Part shown: piece by piece, positions 60,767 through 64,000 of the stretch
How positions within the stretch are numbered: the first letter of the stretch is position 1
Layout of the letters: each line of letters begins with the position of its first letter
Source: the human T2T-CHM13v2.0 reference genome, Homo sapiens
Length of the DNA: 64,000 nucleotides
NCBI RefSeq assembly: GCF_009914755.1
Contig: NC_060926.1
Reading direction: 5' to 3' (one strand)
Position numbers and translations under genes: made by a program
Notes under the pieces: generated by a model
Database searches by the model: none
Seen by the model: only the letters and a program-made list of their open reading frames with translations
What the model was told of the DNA's origin: nothing

Positions 60767-61635
60767 TGAGCCTTGCGGAGGGGCCGCCGCCCCAAATGCC
60801 ACCGACAGGCGCATCCTCCCTGACATCCACACACGTGTGGCCTGATTTTCGCAATTGCAGATGAAAACCTGAAGCTTGCCATTGTTAATTTACTTCCCCA
60901 GTGTCATGTGCAAGCAGCAGACAGAACTGGTATTTAATCTCCAATCCTTTCTTAAGCAAGACACAAAGGAAGAGCACCCTGATGCAATTAGCAATTACGT
61001 ATACCCTGGTTAAAAGACAGTAGAGGCTGACGTCCTGATAGCAAAACCAGCCTCTCTTCTCCAGGATTAGGACAGATTAAGGAGGAAAAGAGAGACCTAG
61101 ATCCCAGATCTTTGGTGTTGTGATATAACTGTAACATTACCTGTGGCATAGAATAAAGAATTAAATGGGGCTCTCCCCCATTTTTGAAATAATTAGCATT
61201 TGTAATTATATAACAGACACCACTATTAAGAATATTGTGGTCTCATATTACCTGTCTAGAAAAAGAAAAGAAAAACAAAAAACAAAAAACCTGTAAAGCA
61301 GTTTGCCCTCCCAAGCTTATTATTTTGTAGGAAGTTGACTAATAATTATATAAGTTCTTGAGATACAAAATATCAAAAGACAGCAGTTAATTTATTCCAA
61401 ATTTCTATTATTCCAGCCAGAAAAATACCTTACTGTTCATATTGGCTGCAAACAAATTATTATTTATTTTCTAAAAATTGAATCAAAGGGAAAAGAAAGA
61501 GAAACACTATTTCTCATAAACTCACGCACACTTTAATATGTCTAAAATGGGCAGGAATTCCTGGGGAAGACATGGCAGTGGGGGTGGATACCAAGTGCGT
61601 AGTAAGAAGTGTGTGCTGCTCTCTTAGTAACAATT

Positions 61636-62164
61636 TGTGAACCCAAGTATCTAAGACAGATCTCAGTCAATTTAGAACGTTTATTTTAACAAGGATAAGG
61701 ATGCACCCGTGACGCAGTGTCAGGAGGTCCTGAGGACATGTGCCCAAGATGGCTGGGGCACAGCTTGCTTTTACACATCTTAGAGAGACATAAGACATCA
61801 ATCAATACGTGTCAGATTTACATGGTGGGGAGCTTCCAGGTCATAAGTAGATGTAACAGTTTTCTGACTGACAATCAGCTGAAGGAATTATTATCAGTAG
61901 GACGGAATGTCTGGGTTATGTTAAGGGGTTATGGACACCAAGGTTTTATTGCTTCACAGAGAAGAGATGGTGAATGTTTCTTATCAGACTTAAGGTCTGT
62001 GTTGATGTTGATGCTGGAGGGGTAGAAGGAGGTGTGTCTGACCCACCACCTTCCATCGTGACCTGACCCAGCTTTTCAGGCTAACTTTGGAATGCTCTTG
62101 GCCGAGAGGTGGGATCCACTCAGGTGGTTAGGCGAGGACATTAGAATTTTATTTTTGGTTTACA
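61636..62164 (-). mobile_element. MER4-family ERV1 solo LTR in TPO intron 3
   Basis: TGTAAACCAAAAATAAAATTCTAA start on -, TG/CA termini, 4-bp TSD AATT. Confidence 0.82.
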
Positions 62165-62367
62165 AATTGCATGTTAACAGAACCCTTTTGAAATCAATGC
62201 CTTGATCCTAAGGATGCATTAGAGTGAGGGAAGACCAGGAGAGGCATCAACTGGGGAGACTATTGGAAAGATTTGCCTTTTGATAGCTCTCAAAAAAATA
62301 CACTATACTATACACCTATTCCAACTATGTTTCTTTCCTTAAGAAACACTGTTTCTACTGTGGAACA

Positions 62368-64000
62368 GTCATTGTTCTAGATGCCGGGATACAGAGATGA
62401 GTTCGATCATTTCATATCCTCAGAAGTCCGTGCTCCTTCTGTAAAGTCATTGTTCTAGATGCCGGGATACAGAGATGCGTTAGATCATTTCATATTCTCA
62501 GAAGTCTATGCTCCTCCTGTAAACTCATTGTTCTAGATGCCGGGATACAGAGATGAGTTAGATCATTTCATATTCTCAGAAGTCCATGCCCGTTCTGTGC
62601 AGTCATTTTTCTAGATGCCGGGATACAGAGATGCGTTAGATCATTTCATATTCTCAGAAGTCCGTGCCCCTTCTGTAAAGTCATTGTTCTGGATGCTGGG
62701 ATACAGAGATGAGTTTGATTATTTCATATCCTCAAAAGTCTGAGCTCCTTCTACGCAGTCATTGTTCTAGATGCCGGGATACAGAGATGAGTTAGATTAT
62801 TTCATATTCTCAGAAGTCCGTGCTCCTTCTGTAAAGTCATGTTCTAGATGCCAGGATACAGAGATGAGTTCGATCATTTCATATTCTCAGAAGTCTATGC
62901 TCCTCCTGTAAACTCATTGTTCTAGATGCCGGGATACAGAGATGAGTTAGATCATTTCATATTCTCAGAAGTCCATGCCCGTTCTGTGCAGTCATTTTTC
63001 TAGATGTCGGGATACAGAGATGCGTTAGATCATTTCATATTCTCAGAAGTCCGTGCCCCTTCTGTAAAGTCATTGTTCTAGATACCGGGATACAGAGATG
63101 CGTTAGATCATTTCATATCCTCAGAAGTCCGTACTCCTTCTGTAAAGTCATCGTTCTAGATGCCGGGATACAGAGATGAGTTTGATCATTTCATATCCTC
63201 AAAAGTCTGAGCTCCTTCTATGCAGTCATTGTTCTAGATGCCAGGATACAGAGATGCATTAGATCATTTCATATCCTCAGAAGTCTGTGCTCCTTCTGTA
63301 AAGTCATTGTTCTAGATGCTGGGATACAGAGATGAGTTATATCATTTTCTATCCTCAGAAGTCTGTACTCCTTCTGTAAAGTCATTGTTCTAGATGCCGG
63401 GATACAGAGATGCGTTAGATCATTTCATATCCTCAGAAGTCTATGCTCCTTCTGTAAAGTCATTGTTCTAGATGCCAGGATACAGAGATGAGTTCGATCA
63501 TTTCATATCCTCAGAAGTCTGTGCTCCTTCCGTAAAGTCATTGTTCTAGATGCCGGGATACAGAGGTGAGTTTGATCATTTCATATACTCAGAAGTCCAT
63601 GCTCCTTCTGTAAAGTCATTGTTCTAGATGCCAGGATACAGAGATGAGTTCGATCATTTCATATTCTCAGAAGTCCGTGCTCCTTCCATAAAGTCATTTT
63701 TCTAGATGCTGGGATACAGAGATGAGTTTGATCATTTCATATCCTCAGAAGTCTATGCTCCTTCTGTAAAGTCATTGTTCTAGATGCCAGGATACAGAGA
63801 TGAGTTCGATCATTTCATATCCTCAGAAGTCTGTGCTCCTTCCGTAAAGTCATTGTTCTAGATGCCGGGATACAGAGGTGAGTTTGATCATTTCATATAC
63901 TCAGAAGTCCATGCTCCTTCTATAAAGTCATTGTTCTAGATGCCAGGATACAGAGATGAGTTCGATCATTTCATATTCTCAGAAGTCCGTGCTCCTTCCA
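62368..64000. repeat. 78-bp VNTR, about 21 copies visible, runs off the right edge; TPO intron 3
   Basis: GTCATTGTTCTAGATGCCGGGATACAGAGATGAGTTCGATCATTTCATATCCTCAGAAGTCCGTGCTCCTTCTGTAAA. Confidence 0.97.

Overview
This is primate, almost certainly human, genomic DNA from the SNTG2-TPO interval (2p25.3 by established gene order). On the + strand it holds the last coding exon and poly(A) signal of gamma-2 syntrophin (SNTG2, 4962-5212). About 46 kb of repeat-rich intergenic DNA follows, then the thyroid peroxidase (TPO) candidate upstream enhancer, promoter, non-coding exon 1 and coding exons 2 and 3. The remainder is Alus, one near full-length and one truncated L1PA, MaLR/ERV1 solo LTRs, a Tigger/MER44 relic and many minisatellites. 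Nearly all ORFs in the supplied track are repeat-derived or chance. I see no new multi-gene system. The best untested leads are three. (1) The antisense ORF0 of the full-length L1 is intact and extended, points toward TPO, and contains a donor in frame with TPO exon 3. (2) An Alu-head-derived VNTR in TPO intron 2 arrays about 20 AP-1 (TGACTCA) sites. (3) Several elements record unusual rearrangements. Repeat subfamily names are by eye and need RepeatMasker/Dfam confirmation.
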